Positions 10,331-24,705 of a stretch of DNA of 49,316 nt are shown here, piece by piece (positions within the stretch are counted from its first letter, which is position 1; each line of letters starts with the position of its first letter). Under the pieces are notes generated by a model that saw only the letters and a program-made list of their open reading frames with translations, did no database searches and was not told where the DNA came from. This stretch comes from Octopus bimaculoides (taxonomy: Eukaryota). The position numbers were made by a program, and so were the translations under genes. Where the stretch lies: NCBI RefSeq assembly GCF_001194135.2, contig NC_068989.1, forward strand, positions 1,587,799 through 1,637,114, written 5' to 3'.

Positions 10331-11260
10331 ATAACCAAGTGATCTTTCACGCTAAGGACGTATTCATGATCAGGTGCTAAGTACTATTGAGATTAGAGAA
10401 CGGCAGAAAAAGAGGTTGTGGCATTCTTGCTTTTCTGAATGACATTAAAGGTGTATGTGCAATGAAAGAGCGAGTAGGACGGGTGTAAAAGTCGATCTTT
10501 TAAGGGGGTTATAGTCAAGCGACTAGACCGTTGTATATTAGTTAAGGTACCACTGATCCTTTCACGATCCCTCAGGATACATTGGATAATGATCCATTGT
10601 AACCCTGGGGTTCGTGGATGGAGAAACAATCTATCTCTACTTCCCATGGATAGAATGCAAGCCTATCACAAGAAGCAGCCGCCTCAAGATTTAGGTAGAG
10701 CCAATGTCTTCAAACAGCGAACTGAGCTTATAACGAAACGCTTGAAGGGACACGAATCAAGATTGGTTGGACAAAAGATGACGATATCCACTCGGCAAGG
10801 CTTTCACCAGTTGCCGATAAAACCAGGTCCATTCCAAAGTATATTGTTTATATTGTCCAAGGAATATCAATCGATTGATAATCTTTAAGCTACTTTGTAC
10901 CTTTCGGGTTTCAATCGCGCCTAGATAATGTTGCTGTTTACTATTTACAGGACAATTTCATTGACGTTTCTCGTATGTAAGGCTCCACCGTATTTCTATT
11001 TACTATACAGAATATCTCCTTGGAGTATTATTGCATTGAATGAGCCTTGTTCCCGTCTTAGAAAGAAGCTTTGTCAGCGTGGCGAGAAATTCGTGAAATA
11101 AATCTATAAACACGAGACGCACGCACAGACATATTAACCCAGCGATGGTTCTCCGGGTTGCTCGGTAAAGCAAATAAGAATTATTTAAAGCTGAGTTGCT
11201 ACTCAGGGTTTCTTCAAGCGAAAAATGATCAGGAATAAGAAACTCCAGACAGACACACAC

Positions 11261-11310
<50 letters not shown>

Positions 11311-11419
11311 CACCTTCACCTTCCAAAATTGTCTGACGAGTGTGTTATTTAATTACTATTGAGCGTAAGAAATAGTCTGTTGCCAATTACAACTACTTTC
11401 CAACATTGTGCTAATATAA

Positions 11420-11472
<53 letters not shown>

Positions 11473-11864
11473 CATGCGTGTGTGTGTGTGTGCGTGAATA
11501 TATATATATATAAACTCCTACGTCAGAAGTTACTGCTCCTCGTGGCACCCAGACCTATTGGCGCTACAAACTCTTCTGGAGTTTTTTGCTATTGTTTCTC
11601 ATGCAGATCCTTATAAGTTTCCGAAGATTTGGGATTTTGTAATACACCCACACTCAACACAGGGTACGTTAACTTATTCTTTCGGTTGCGTGCATGTACA
11701 TAAGACAGGGTCTTCGTGCGCAATAATTTAACCTACAATATTTCGAAACCATTGAATTCTGAAGAGTGGCCCAAATCGTATGCGCATAGACAAAGCAGTC
11801 TATAATCCCAATTGTGGTCACAATGTGTGTGTGTGCGCGTGCTTGCGTATTCTGTAACATGCTA

Positions 11865-11975
11865 ACAGAAAGGATGAAAGGCAAAATCGACCTCGGCAGA
11901 ATTAGAACTCAGAACGCAGCGACGGGCGAAATACCGCTGAGCATTTTGCTCGTTGTGTTAACGATTACCACGCCG
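11865..11975 (-). mobile_element. SINE family A, 5' part
   Basis: Reverse complement reads GCTCAGCGGTATTTCGCCCGTCGCTGCGTTCTGAGTTCTAATTCTGCCGAGGTCGATTTTGCCTTTCATCCTTTC. Confidence 0.8.
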
Positions 11976-12677
11976 TAAAAATTTAAGTGAAAGAAACTGC
12001 TCTCGATCATTTTAACCCATATTACCGACTACCCCCATCCCCCACTTTTGATATTATGAACATTAAACTGGTCAACAGATTTCCAGGTACCCTCTCCAGC
12101 CTGAATATACATAGGGTGGTGTAATGTACCCAGCATTCTGATTTTACTTTCTTTTTTCTTGGGTTTCTTTACAGGACATTCACAACAGTTTGTTTATAAC
12201 ATTTCGTCATCATCGTCATCATTTTGTGTAAACTGTAGTTTTTAGTTGTCGTCGCCATTGAAACTGCATTCATCATCAATGGAAAAAATAAAATAATATA
12301 CAAAAAATAAATGAATAAATAAATAAATAAAACAAGGATTTCCTTCAAACACTTCCTACCAAACTCCATAAATTACCGGAAGACAGGTTTGAAAATCTGT
12401 TAAGCCATGTCGAAGATCTATTTATAGCTAGAGAAGTTTTGTGGCGACGTGGAAGAGTGTATAAGATAGCAGAGGCAGGTGAGGCATTGATGGTGTGGTA
12501 GTGACCAAATAAGGCAGATAGAGTTACGGTGGTAGGAATGATAGTGTGGGAGTAGCAATGGTGTACAGGCGAATCGAAAGATGCGAAAGTGACGGATCGA
12601 GGGAGAGGGTGAAGCGCCTGGACAGATTCTATAGATGTCTCTAATTAAAACAGGATATCTGAGGTAAACATTGCTTT

Positions 12678-12750
12678 GTGTGGTGGTGGTGGTGGTGGTG
12701 GTGGTGGTGGTGGTAGTTGTAGTAGTTGTAGTAGTAGCAGCAGCAGCAGT
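12678..12750. repeat. Compound triplet microsatellite (GGT)n-(GTA)n-(GCA)n
   Basis: Direct reading of the sequence. Confidence 0.9.
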
Positions 12751-12821
12751 TCCTGGTGCTGTTTAAATCCAGATTTTGAACGTGCCAATCAATCTTAATT
12801 CTATCTAACTACATTTGATGT

Positions 12822-13125
12822 GGAGGCACATGGCCTAGTGGTTAGGGCAGGTCGAGGGATCGTGGGTTCGAATCTCAGAGCGGGCGATGTGTATATTTAT
12901 GAGCGAAACACCTAAGCTCCACGCGGCTCCAGTAGAAGGTAATGGCGAACTTCTGCTGACTCTTTTGCCACAACCTTCTTTCACTTTTTTCCCCCTGCAT
13001 CTAACAGCTCACCTGCAACGGACCGACGTCCCGTCCAAGCGGGGAACCTATACGCCAATGAAACCGGGAAACCGGTCCTTATGAGCCAGGCACGGTTCAA
13101 GAAGGAACAAACAACAACAACAATA
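12822..13125 (+). mobile_element. tRNA-derived SINE, third family, ending in (AAC)n
   Basis: GGAGGCACATGGCCTAGTGGTTAGGGC A box, GGGTTCGAATCTC B box, a ~230-bp body and an AACAAACAACAACAAC tail. Confidence 0.75.
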
Positions 13126-13141
13126 TTTGATGAATCCAAGA

Positions 13142-13220
13142 AAGCGAGCTGGCAGACTCGTTAGTGTGTCGGAAAAAATGCTTAGCGGCATTTCTTCCGA
13201 CTCTTTACGTTCTGAGTTCA
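13142..13220 (+). mobile_element. SINE family A head, truncated by an assembly gap
   Basis: AGCGAGCTGGCAGACTCGTTAGTGTGTCGG...TTACGTTCTGAGTTCA, then N-run 13221-14180. Confidence 0.8.
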
Positions 13221-14180
13221 NNNNNNNNNNNNNNNNNNNNNNNNNNNNNNNNNNNNNNNNNNNNNNNNNNNNNNNNNNNNNNNNNNNNNNNNNNNNNNNN
13301 NNNNNNNNNNNNNNNNNNNNNNNNNNNNNNNNNNNNNNNNNNNNNNNNNNNNNNNNNNNNNNNNNNNNNNNNNNNNNNNNNNNNNNNNNNNNNNNNNNNN
13401 NNNNNNNNNNNNNNNNNNNNNNNNNNNNNNNNNNNNNNNNNNNNNNNNNNNNNNNNNNNNNNNNNNNNNNNNNNNNNNNNNNNNNNNNNNNNNNNNNNNN
13501 NNNNNNNNNNNNNNNNNNNNNNNNNNNNNNNNNNNNNNNNNNNNNNNNNNNNNNNNNNNNNNNNNNNNNNNNNNNNNNNNNNNNNNNNNNNNNNNNNNNN
13601 NNNNNNNNNNNNNNNNNNNNNNNNNNNNNNNNNNNNNNNNNNNNNNNNNNNNNNNNNNNNNNNNNNNNNNNNNNNNNNNNNNNNNNNNNNNNNNNNNNNN
13701 NNNNNNNNNNNNNNNNNNNNNNNNNNNNNNNNNNNNNNNNNNNNNNNNNNNNNNNNNNNNNNNNNNNNNNNNNNNNNNNNNNNNNNNNNNNNNNNNNNNN
13801 NNNNNNNNNNNNNNNNNNNNNNNNNNNNNNNNNNNNNNNNNNNNNNNNNNNNNNNNNNNNNNNNNNNNNNNNNNNNNNNNNNNNNNNNNNNNNNNNNNNN
13901 NNNNNNNNNNNNNNNNNNNNNNNNNNNNNNNNNNNNNNNNNNNNNNNNNNNNNNNNNNNNNNNNNNNNNNNNNNNNNNNNNNNNNNNNNNNNNNNNNNNN
14001 NNNNNNNNNNNNNNNNNNNNNNNNNNNNNNNNNNNNNNNNNNNNNNNNNNNNNNNNNNNNNNNNNNNNNNNNNNNNNNNNNNNNNNNNNNNNNNNNNNNN
14101 NNNNNNNNNNNNNNNNNNNNNNNNNNNNNNNNNNNNNNNNNNNNNNNNNNNNNNNNNNNNNNNNNNNNNNNNNNNNNNNN
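13221..14180. other. Assembly gap (largest of ~10 N-runs)
   Basis: Other N-runs are at 6789-6798, 17362-17371, 18859-19080, 25093-25131, 26335-26771, 31550-31918, ~36826-36835, 38370-38701 and 39363-39390. Confidence 0.98.
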
Positions 14181-14238
<58 letters not shown>

Positions 14239-16218
14239 GTATGTATGTATATGCGTATATATATATAAATATGTATGTATATACGTATATATATATATGT
14301 GTGTGTGTGTATAGCTTCATATAGTCTAACGTGGATAAAGGGGGAACAGTCGGCAAAGAGTATTTATATTACTTTCTGCTGTGTGACAGAAGGAAAACAA
14401 AATACGCTTTGTGTGCGTGTGCGTGTGTGCGTGCGTGTGTGTGCGCGCACGTACGTATCTGCATCTCAAACGCCTTGTCTCTCATTTCCCAGCGTGTAAA
14501 AAGAAGTCCGTTCGTGCCATCGCTGTAAATGTTATGACAACCTGACTCAATCTTTCAACTCTTCTTTCTCACTTCGTCTTACGCCGTCAACTCCTTCTCT
14601 TCTCACTACCTCTTCCTCTTCCTCCATCTTCTCTTTCTCGCTCCCTTGCCTTGTTTCATCAGTTCTCTTTTCTGATTCCTTTTTCTCACTCACTCACTCT
14701 TTAACTACTCTCTCCCTCCTCTTTTTCTCTTTCCCAAAACTCACTCATTTCTCGCCATTCCTTCACAATTCCACAATTCATTCACTCGGATCCCATGGCG
14801 ATCCCCTTCTTCAATGGATCATGGATACTTTCATGACTCTATTTCCCGATCAATCTTTTGACCATTAAGACTCTTTAGGCGATGTCCGGGCGATTTCTCT
14901 CCACAGCCCTGCTAACTTCGGACTGACTTTAAAATGACGACCATTTTGGGAAATACAAACTTTCTTTCTTTCTTCTCCCCACTCTCCCTCTCTATTGTCA
15001 CAGATGAAACTCCTTGCATTCTAAGCTTTGCTCCAACAGACCGATTTATGTTTTTATTACATATTCTGTGTCTTCCAGTTTTTTTTTTTTTTATGTCCTG
15101 ACTTCAAATTCTACCGAAGTCAGCTTTGCCATTCATCTGTTCGGAATCGGCCAAACGAGTATCAATCAAATACTGGGATCAATGCAATCGACTGACCTGT
15201 TCTCCATAGCATTGCCGGCCTTGCGCCGAAATTTCAGAGAAATATGTTCCATGTACGTGTGGCACTGCATGTGTTTGTGCTCGTTGGAATTTCAACTTCC
15301 AAAATTAATTTTAAAGCCAGAAGCAATTCAAACTACCGCAAGTTAATTGTGAAACAATTTTCAAAACTATTATTAATAATACATGACACTTATTAGTTCA
15401 ACCTGCGCTGGATTAACCATTAAGCAAAATAAGCAGGTGCTTAGGGCATCATGGGAAGGAGGGGGTACCAAAGAAATGGTCAATGGTTTACGGCACAAAA
15501 GAAATCACTTTAAGCTTGATGACAATGATGACGAAATGTTATAAACAGCGTTTCGTCGTTGAAATATGAGGGAGATATAGCTACTAACTTTAGCAGGTTG
15601 AACGATCACGTAGACGGTTACTTTTATATCCTCTGCTGCAGAAATAGCAACTGAAATATTCTGGCCTTCCTCATAACCTTCTAGATCATTGTTGGCAGGC
15701 CAGGAAGGGAGGCTACGTATTTGCTAGACATGCTGGTAACAGCAGCCAAATGACTCTTAAAAAATACACCATACTCGTAAAAATGAAAACACATATTTGA
15801 TAATGTAGTTGTAGTCTAGTCGTAGATAGAAAATGTCTCCCAAATGATTGAATGTTCATGTATGGCTGGAGCCCATCTGACTGTGCTGAGTCAGGGTTGC
15901 CGTGGGGCCAATCATAAACAATGCCATTAACGATAGAGATAAAAGGAAAAATGGATACAACCGGAAAAGGAAATTGGATTGCAGTCATAGCTTCTCTGAA
16001 GCTGACTTTCACCAGGAAGGGCTTGAAAAAAATGGCCGCTAGTAGCCCATGGCTCACTTTGACTCCTGTCACCCAAAATTCAAATATAAATAGATAAAAT
16101 AACGCTAAAAACAATGAAGACATTACATTTTCTCTCTCTTATATATAATACACATTCGCATACACATCTACATATACACGTACTTGTGTATTTGTATGTG
16201 TGTGTCTGCACGCACACG

Positions 16219-16347
<129 letters not shown>

Positions 16348-17017
16348 GCACATAGTCGTACATTAGACACAAAAATACACACTAAACCTTTTCTGCGAAC
16401 TTTCTATCAATCCTTTTTTTTTTTCACTATCTTCAACTGTTCTAAAAGTTGTTGAGAGAAAGGGTGAGATAGAGATAGAGAGAGAGACAGACAGACAGAC
16501 AGAGACAGAGACAGAGGGAGAGAGAGAGGGAGAGAGAGAGAGAGAACCTACCACCCATAGCCACACACCGAACGAATACCACCCAAATCTGAACTAGAGT
16601 GTGTGAAGGTTGAGAGATGAAAGTAACTTTAGCTTTAGCTGCGCCCATATGAATACATTTAAAGGTTGTTGATCAAAAGAGACTTTCAAATGAATTGAAA
16701 ACCCTGGAGAGGCGACTCTAGATTTATATGCGGCTTTTTTTAATACCTATTACCAAAGAAAATAGACCAACGTTTCTCTTTTGTTTATATATATATGTTT
16801 GTTTTTATTGATGTGGTGGGTGATAGCGAATGTCCAAAACAACAGAATGGGAAAAATGTATCCTTGACTTCAAAATCTACACAAGAGTTTTGAGGAATAA
16901 GTTCAGAAATGCTTTCATCCCTAGTCAATAGTGAAGCAGCTTTTAATTTATCTCCTTGTAGTTTCTGAATAAACTCTATTGGGAGTAAAAGAGGAAATGG
17001 GGGATTGTCTGTTACAA

Positions 17018-17064
<47 letters not shown>

Positions 17065-18199
17065 TCATATATTATATATGCTGTTTCCAACGTAAAGTCA
17101 AATGTTTCAGACTGTGTATCTTTTCTAAACATTCTTTTTCTCCAAGTTGGATGCATATCATTAGTTGAGCATATGGACAGAACGTTGGGCCCATACATCC
17201 TCACACTTGTTGATTCAGTACATTATTGTACATTAAAAATACGTATTTACATGAACCTTGGAGAAAAACGGTATTCTCCGGACGAACTGAATCTGGAATT
17301 CACTTTCCCCAGTTGAAAACTTCTCTTCGAGGAGGTTGGAAGCGGCCCAGTTCCTTACGTTNNNNNNNNNNTACATTATTGTACATTAAAAATACGTATT
17401 TACATGAACCTTGGAGAAAAACGGTATTCTCCGGACGAACTGAATCTGGAATTCACTTTCCCCAGTTGAAAACTTCTCTTCGAGGAGGTTGGAAGCGGCC
17501 CAGTTCCTTACGTTTTCTACTCTTGGGCTAAACACTCTGAGAACCGCCATGAATTCAGGGCCTCGCAGTCACCGATTTTCTCTCACAGCATCTTTCTCCT
17601 CCGCACGCAATAACGTTTCCCCAAAATGTGCCATAAAGGTTAGGATTCCCTTTCAGAACCAGAATATCGATCACCTTTGCTAATAATCCACAAATCTGGA
17701 GCACTGGTCACATCTATTAGATGATATTGCTGCTGCATCGACCGAATCCGAAAGATTTTCGGCTGATTAGCAAAGATTCAAACACCAAGTAAGTTTCACA
17801 CTTCGATGTCTTCAGACAAACACTAAACTTTCAAAGTACTCCAAATGTTTCTACTTTTAGGTAGTCAAAAAATGGATGTAAATCTATCATACCACAAAGT
17901 AGAACTTTGATGAATATTATATCATCTGTGTGTTGAATAGCAGTTCTCTTATTGTTCCAGCTTCGAGAAGGATGGGATATTCGACGATTAAACACACATA
18001 CACACACACAGTTCTCTCTCAATTCTTCTTTGAAGATGGAAGCCCTTCGAAAATAATTGATCTCAAATTTCCTGAAATGAAATCTGGTGTTTATTTTCAA
18101 TAGCTATAGTAAATGAAACTGGCAGGATAAAGTGACCTCTGGTCAGAAATTCTTCTTTGGGTCTCGTTCATGAAGAAGGAGTCACTATCTGGTCGCATG

Positions 18200-18402
18200 T
18201 TCTGATAGAAATAGCGGCCAAATCTCCCTCAAACCACACCATGTGAGATCAATATGTAAAAGGAAAAATACTAGTGGACGTGCGATGATGAGTGTCCTGG
18301 GGGTAAACAGTATCAAAGTGCAAAGGACCTTATAATCCAACGAGTTCTTCATTTGAACAGTAAGATGTGATTTGAAGGCGATTTGGTTGATGTTTCTAGC
18401 AG
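18200..18402. repeat. Inverted pair of a short dispersed repeat motif (AGAAATAGCRGCCAAATCTCCCTCAAAYCACA)
   Basis: The motif is on + at ~18201-18240 and on - at ~18366-18402. Related copies occur at ~2600-2636, ~5040-5062 and ~20610-20645. Probably an old LINE 3' UTR remnant. Confidence 0.5.
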
Positions 18403-20864
18403 ACAGAGCAATTACTTAGAGGCACCTGCGTTGTTGCTGTTGCTAGTGCGCTGCTGTCGGTAGCATTAGCGTTTTTTGATGCCATCATGTAAAAATACTT
18501 CACATTAATCAAAGAGCGGTGGATAATTAAATTAGAAAGGGTTATAAACATAAATATTACTTATAAAGTTTTATTAATTATATTAATTAATTATTTCTTT
18601 TTGATTTGGCACACGGCTATTTTCTTAAGGGTCTGAGATGGGGGCCTCTTAAAACTCCCCCCCCCCGTCCTTTATACGTCTGAGCGTGTGCGTAATTATA
18701 TACACTTGTGCTTGTATGCATGTAGACATACACTAGTATGGCTGTATATGTTACATCAATTTCATGCACACCGACACACAGAATTATATCTGTGAATGTG
18801 ACTGCACACACACACACACACAGCAATGTATATAGATACACATTTTACATGTGGTTTTNNNNNNNNNNNNNNNNNNNNNNNNNNNNNNNNNNNNNNNNNN
18901 NNNNNNNNNNNNNNNNNNNNNNNNNNNNNNNNNNNNNNNNNNNNNNNNNNNNNNNNNNNNNNNNNNNNNNNNNNNNNNNNNNNNNNNNNNNNNNNNNNNN
19001 NNNNNNNNNNNNNNNNNNNNNNNNNNNNNNNNNNNNNNNNNNNNNNNNNNNNNNNNNNNNNNNNNNNNNNNNNNNNNNNNTATATATATATATATCTCGT
19101 TGCTATTATGTTAAACTGTCGTATGTCCAATTTTAGCTAAACCCCCTTTTTTTTATCCAATATTTAATTTTTTATCACTCTCGGTACATGTCCTCAAATT
19201 GACACCCAACCACTCTGAAATGTTCATATTGGAGCTTCCGGCACGAATGCCAAGCAATATTGCATGTCATTTCTAAATTTCTGGCAGAGCGAATTGCGCC
19301 ATGGTGCTGTTTTTCTCACAGACGCACCCAACTGACCCTACTATACTGTGTAGTCGACAAACTCAAAAATAAACAATGCATTTGCGCGAAATAAAAAATA
19401 TAAAATGGCAATTTACCCATCGCAAAAATATTTCTTATTGAAAATATCACACCTGCATGGAGTTACGATTTTATGCACCCAACAAAGAATTATTGTTAAG
19501 CTGAAACTTTTTCTCATGTAAAAAGAAATGGAATGGTGAACCTATTTTTTCATTTTCTGAAAAAGCAACGTTTTGGACTTACGACACTTTTGCATAGATG
19601 CAACGATATGTAATCACAGACATCTGTGCAGTATTGTATATGGCTAACGCATATTCACAAATGTACATATCCATCTACAAACACACCTATACATACACAC
19701 GCGAGACTGTTTAGAATTCATTGATAGAAGACTAGGAGCCATAGGTGATTGGACGGCTCGTTAGGATAGTCATGAAATGCATCAGAATGAAGTTAACACA
19801 ATTCTAAAAGTCGATGCTAACCCACTTAGCGTCTCTTATTTTAAACAACTATATGACTAATTTCCTCTACTTCCACACGCTGGGTGTATCTGTGTATACG
19901 ATCCTTGTTAAGAGGAAGGAGCGAATTTCAGTTACAAGGAACTTGGTGCCATATTGAATTTCAAACAACTGCTTGAACTCAGGAAAGATTCCTATGTGGT
20001 TATTCGATTTACTAGAAATAACAGCTAACTGTTTTTAACAAACCGAAGAACGAGGTTGAAAAGAAAACATAGCATGGTCATTGCTTGAAAGTATTTGACC
20101 CAAGAAAGATCTGGACTGGCCTGAGGCTGAACTGGCCTGAGACTGGCCCAAGCCAGTCCACAATGAATAAACTTATTCTATTTAAAACTAATTGATTGCA
20201 TTTATAAGAATATTTTCATTTGAACCGATTTGTTTAGAAAATATTTTCAAACAAAAATTTTCTGTAACTACTTTTTTCTTTTTTCTCTTTTTTTTTGCGT
20301 TTCTCATTTAATAAAATTGCTGAGAAAGTGTAATTTTTGAAAGAGTTCTTCAAAATATTCGATATTATGAATGGGTATCATATCACTAATTATGACTCGT
20401 AAATGAAGGGTGAAGGAATTTCCGAGAGTGTTGAAGATTAGAATCTCAAAAGACGATATTGGTCATGTGACTTGCGCAAAAGTTTGTGCGACACGCTGGG
20501 TGATATGGATGATTACCAGCAGCGCGAGGAATAGGAAAGAAAAATGTTTCGTGTGAGGAATTGATGTCAGAAGAAGAGGATACGAGCCTCAGGAGAGACA
20601 GCACCTATTGCTAGAAATAGTAGCTAAGTTTCTTTCGATTCACACTCTTTCTACTGCTTTTGGACAATTTAGTGCTCAGCATACCAACGACATTTTATTG
20701 TTTGGTCAGCGTTCTATCCAGGGTCATCCTCTTTCACCTCTCACTACACAAATATCGTGTATCTAGAACAGAATTACTCAGCACAACCTGACTGGAGGAA
20801 GCGGTATGATGTACTATAGGATATTTCTAGATCAAGCGACCGCACCGAGGCTCGCTTTTTTTTG

Positions 20865-21830
<966 letters not shown>

Positions 21831-22138
21831 CTAGAAACTTTGGATTTATATTTGTTTTGTTTTTTTTTTAATTTATTTTAGAATAGCTGTGTAGGGGGGG
21901 GGGGAATGAAATGAGAAGGAGTTTTGGTGTGTCTTGTGCATTGTAGCCATATGTTTTTTATGTGCATTGCATTTATGAAAGTCCATGTGTTGGTGTAAGT
22001 ATGAATGTGTGTATGGGTGAATGTATGCACACATGTTTGTGTATGTTATTTCATTTGTGAATGTATGTTAAATAAAGTACAAGTATATATTTATAGGCCC
22101 ATGTACATATATATATGTATGTATGTATATATAATGAA

Positions 22139-22184
<46 letters not shown>

Positions 22185-22335
22185 GGAGAATGATATTCAC
22201 TTTATGTCCGCTGAGGATCGGCGATATCCACCTGAACTAATATCCATTTGGTTACCAGCGGGAAACTTTAGTATACATCTCGTTGTATGGTTTCTCTCAT
22301 TCTATAGTTTATTCAGATATGTACACACACACACT

Positions 22336-22384
<49 letters not shown>

Positions 22385-22957
22385 AAACACACACACTCAA
22401 ACACACACACATTATCTCTCTCTCTCTCTCTCTCTTTCCTTTTCTTCATTCTCTCTCTTTACTTTGTCTTATTTCTTGTATTTATCTTTTCTTCTTTTAT
22501 TCTCTTTGTGTTTTTCTTTCTTTTTTCTTCTTACTCCTCTTTCAGATCCCTTAGCCCATAACTACAACAGCCCTTCTAATCCCATTTTAATACAATCACC
22601 TGATAAGGATTCCGCCTCGGAACATTAAGGTCCTCATCCATCAAATAATTCCTCAAATTTCATATTGAGTTCCTTATTGATTTTCCTTCAATTACTAAAT
22701 CCCATCTATGCTGACAAGAACTAATCAGTATTGCAGTTAGCAAGCAAAGACCCGATCCATTTTAGGGATTCCACTTGTCCTTTGGGCTCTTTTAGTGCCA
22801 ACCCACTCCTTTATGCTAAATAGACATCGATGTGCTCTTTCCTATAGCAGTAACTTTTGAACACTGGTCTCTTTTCCCACCTTCTTTTCTCCCCCATTAA
22901 TTCCCGGAGGCGCTGAAAAGGGCCACATGCACCTGTCGTTTTTTCTCTGAGACATAT

Positions 22958-23062
22958 GGCTTCGGTATGCGGTAAGATGTTTGAGATGTTTGCTTCCTCA
23001 ATCACATGGTTCCGGGTTCAGTCCCACTACGTGACACCTTTGGCATGTGTCTTTTGCTATGA
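22958..23062 (+). mobile_element. CORE-type SINE 5' fragment
   Basis: CACATGGTTCCGGGTTCAGTCCCACTACGTGACACCTTTGGCATGTGTCTTTTGCTAT. Confidence 0.75.
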
Positions 23063-23299
23063 ACTGAAGGCAAGGATTATCACACCATTCACCAACTTAA
23101 ACTAGGAGACCGCCCAGAAGAGTTGTAGAAAATCCCGAAGTCGTCTGGAGGCCGTGTTTGAAGCCAATGGTGATTTTATAGAACAAATTTACTCTTTAGC
23201 ATTTCAAGATGTAATTTTTATGTAATTTTAGTAAAAAATATATCTGTTAAAATGAGATGTTACTTTGCGTAGTTTAGACGACAATATATTCGCCGCACC

Positions 23300-23348
<49 letters not shown>

Positions 23349-23374
23349 CGTGTGTGTGTGTCTGTGTCTGTGTC

Positions 23375-23590
23375 TATGCTTATCCTCCATCACCACTTGA
23401 CAAACGTTATCGATGCATTTACGTTTCCGAGGCCCTAGTGGCTCGGCAAAAGAAACTGGTAGAATAAGTACCAGGCTTTATTAACAAAAAAAAAAATACA
23501 TTGGGGTCGATTCGTTCGACAAAAATCTTTTAGGGCGATGCCCCAGCATGGCCGCAATCTAATAACCGAAACAAGTAAATGATAAAAGAT
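23375..23590 (+). mobile_element. CORE-type SINE 3' body
   Basis: CTTGACAAACG...GGCTCGGCAAAAGAAACTGGTAGAATAAGTACCAGGC...GGGGTCGATTCGTTCGAC...CCAGCATGGCCGCAATCTAATAACCGAAACAAGTAAA. Its reverse complement occurs at 26060-26290. Confidence 0.75.
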
Positions 23591-24544
23591 ACATACCTCT
23601 TGAGGTACTGTATACATCTGCTGGAGACAAGCACCCCCTCCTACATCTGCTTCACTTACCGATTCCATGATTCTGAAAAGGATTCATTTTGTTAGGATTT
23701 TCTTTTCATACATTCCTTCGATAGATAATGAATTCCTGATTCTTCTTACGTCCACCCCGACCTGTGCACGTATCACTTGACCTGTACAGGTCAAGGTCTG
23801 CGCTCGTTGGGTTTTCTGAAAGAGACTAGGTTTCTTTCTTTTTCTTTTTCCCTTTTTTTTTTCTTTTGAGAACAATCAGAAGACTAATGGGGAGGAAAAA
23901 GAAAAGGAAACCAAAAAGAACTGAGGGACAAACATGGAGACAAGAGAAGGGAGTCAGAAACTGACAAGAGATATAGAACACACACACAAATAAGAAACTA
24001 GAAGGACGCAGATGTGAAAAGAGCAGAGAGAGGAAGGGGTGGAAGCGCGTGTGCGAACATATGTGTAAATGTCTTTTTATAGTAATAGAAGCTTATTTTG
24101 AACTTAAAACATTTCTATTATTTGACGTTACTATTTCGAGCTTGTTTCAAATTCTTGTTTGGTTTGTCACCATTGTATGAGAAGCAGCAAACATTAAACA
24201 TGGAGAAGTAATCTCGAAAACAAGTCAGCGTCTTCGGTTTCAATTTGGGTCAGAATTATATAACTTTAATTCGATCTTCTGAAGATATTCTTTCTAATTC
24301 TGGCACAGGGGCCAGTAATTTTGGAGGGAAGGGTGTTGTACAAAAGGCGTCAAAGGGCCAAACGTGACCCCCATTCGCAAGTTGTCCTTTCCTACTTCAG
24401 GGTTCGGACTGCTTTATAATCTGTGCTAGCTTGCTCTTTCATTCACTTAACATCATAAGCCGGCCGTTATGGATTAGTCCTTAAAACTCCACCGGGATGT
24501 GGAGATATTTGTCATTTTACAATTAAATCCTCATTCTCAACATC

Positions 24545-24705
24545 AAGACAGCGAACTGATATAGGAATTAGAACATTGGATACAATACCGTTGGCTATTT
24601 ACTCTGTCTTTCTGCGCTCTGAGTTCAAATGCCACCGATGTCAGCTTACTCTTTCATCATTCATTGGCTGATAAATAAAGTACCATTCAAGTACCGGACT
24701 CGCAT
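24545..24705 (+). mobile_element. SINE family A, old diverged copy
   Basis: CTCTGAGTTCAAATGCCACCGATGTCAGCTTACTCTTTCATC...GATAAATAAAGTACCA. Confidence 0.6.

Noticed and set aside
15713-16123. 136-aa hydrophobic minus-strand ORF
   Set aside because: A T-rich, A-poor strand explains both the lack of stops and the hydrophobicity; no recognisable motif or splice signals.
17219-17514. 143-bp tandem duplication
   Set aside because: The identical copies sit either side of a 10-N gap, so this is most simply an unmerged contig overlap.
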